Below, one piece after another: positions 61,828-64,000 of a DNA stretch of 64,000 nucleotides; the first letter of the stretch is position 1; each line of letters begins with the position of its first letter. The translations under genes and the position numbers were made by a program. This stretch comes from Octopus bimaculoides (lineage: Eukaryota): NCBI RefSeq assembly GCF_001194135.2, contig NC_068992.1, positions 2,873,312-2,937,311 of the forward strand, given 5' to 3'. The notes under the pieces were generated by a model that had not been told where the DNA came from, did not search any database, and was given only the letters and a program-made list of their open reading frames with translations.

Positions 61828-64000
61828 TCACCTTACCCTCTCTTCATACTGATATTTCCCATCAATTGCACCTCCATCCTTGTACATCACTCACTACATT
61901 CACCTCTATCCCCATCTCTGACCATCTATAAATATACCCTTGCAATGTTATGAAACTCCCCCCTTTCTTCTCTGATCCTCTGTCAGTATCCTCTTTTATA
62001 TCTACCTTGCACACTTCATCTCATCGCCACCATCTTTATCTTTTTTCTAGCTACTCCTACCCAGCCATATATAATCTGGGTAGCGCTGTATCTCTTCTAC
62101 AGCAAGACACCTACGTTTCTAACCCTGTATCTTACTTTAGCCTCTCAACCATTTAGCATAAAACCATGCCCTCTCACTTATAAATACTCCTACACACATA
62201 CTTAGTACCAAATGGTAATCGTTATATCCAGCTTAATGTGGACATCTTATTAGAACACTGAATACTATGTTATTTGCTATGAGAGACCTTCTTATGTAGG
62301 TTCTTGGTGCATGAAAGCACACACAAAGATCATAACAGACCGGAATCATTTGTCATTGCCACCAGAATTCCACAAAGCCATTTTCACTCACCCTCTAGGC
62401 ATATCCTATTGAACTTTTCTTCAATGATTTTTATGGACTTGCTATTTTAGTTTAGCTCCCCCCACACACATACACTTGTCCCACTCATGCTAGCATGGAA
62501 GGCGGACGTTAAACAGTGATGATGATATATATATATATCATGGACAATCAATAGGATATAACATCCCACTTCACACAGCCTCTGTCTTCCACCTAAAAGT
62601 TTTAATGAATGCAGTGGTTGCCAAACCATATTAATATGTGCAGCTGTACCTAAGCCAATTTTTTCTAAGCTAACTCCAATCCAAATATCTATCTGTACTC
62701 TTATCTCTAGCCATGAATATCTTATTATATCTTATTGAACTTTTGCAAAGCTTACATTGGTTCTTTTTTCTTAATGTAGTTTTCTAGACAAAAATACAGT
62801 GTTACATAAATTATAATCAGATCAACGGTCTCTGATGATTTTTCTTGAAATCTCCTGATGTCAGACTTCTTCAAACTGGAGTTACTTTCAAAGAATTTCA
62901 TTTTGAATAGCTGGATGTAATTCTACGTGAAAGCTTTATTCTTATAAATGAAATGCATTTCCCTTTTTCAATAATATTATATTTGGATCTATGTCAGGAC
63001 ATAATGGTGGTAAACTTTACTTACTACATCATTCTAGTTTGAAAATTGCTGTCATTCTTTGAACATTGTGGAAAACATTCACCATTAATATTCTCCCTAA
63101 AATATAGTCAGAAATCTACTTCATAATTGAAATGAATTTATGGAAAGTGATGATTCACTTAATATTGGTTTATTATATTAGCACCATTCCACAAGTTTGT
63201 GGATGGTCCCTGTCAGTTGAAATGATTCATTTGAGAGGTTTGATCTTTATATTTTATCAATTGTAGAAGGATAAAATTTAATGCTGAATACAAGATTTGA
63301 ACTCAGAATGTAAAGGGATTTAATTAAAAACTACAAAATATTCAATTGAGTGCTGTATTGCTGTTTAACTTTCCTCAATATAATGCTTAGCTATGGTTAA
63401 AACAATATTTAAATTCAATGATTTGTACCTTTAACAATGTAAGTACTGCATTTTAGTTAGAATGAAGAAGTCCCTATGTTTTTCTTCTGAGATACACTAG
63501 GAAATATCTTTACTAAATTTGTTTTTCTAAATATTTATTTCAAGTAGAGGAATCAAGAAGACCCGATATGTGAGATTATGAAGTTCATATATGTAAATAA
63601 CAAGTTATTTCTGATCAAGTTATTTATTTCTTGGGTACTTTTGTTTAATCTCAGGTATTTAATATTGATTCTCCCCATGAGACAGAAATCTTCTTATCAG
63701 AGCCAAACATTAAGATTGCATGGTTTCCATGCCTTTCTCAAGGTTATTATTGTTGTAAATGAATTAAAACTTTACAGTTATCAAGGAGTGATAGTAAACC
63801 CTGCTTCAGATATAATCACTAATCTACAACACTCTAGTTTTAATATTAATTAGATAACAGGACAATGTTATTAGAATGTTAGTAGAGTAAAAGTCTGGCT
63901 TTTCTCATTACCATAATGATTAGTAATTCAATGTGGTAGGCAAGACAACTTTAATTAATCAAAACAATATCCTGATCAAAAGTAAAGAAGCATTGATGTA

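Overview
Animal genomic DNA: AT-rich, very dense in microsatellites, with ten N-gaps. The repeat complement looks like a coleoid cephalopod, probably Octopus; this is recognition from memory, and no database search was run. Most of the window is intronic sequence of one + strand immunoglobulin-superfamily gene. Two exons are visible, at 21170-21469 and 55294-55584. Both are phase 1/1, each encodes one Ig domain, they are paralogous to each other, and they resemble the second domain of Dpr/zig-8-like neuronal surface proteins. The rest is several tRNA-derived SINE families (many with target-site duplications), young and old RTE-LINE 3' ends, TTAA-flanked piggyBac-type MITEs, a CR1/L2-type endonuclease relic, a Penelope-like RT relic and a tRNA-Glu pseudogene. 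Almost all other ORFs in the track are microsatellite or gap artefacts. The most striking unexplained signal is a set of minimal hammerhead-ribozyme motifs in three different short repeats, with different stems around the same core. One sits inside a TSD-flanked, tRNA-headed SINE whose tail also forms long fold-back palindromes. Inverted SINEs also tightly flank the second Ig exon.
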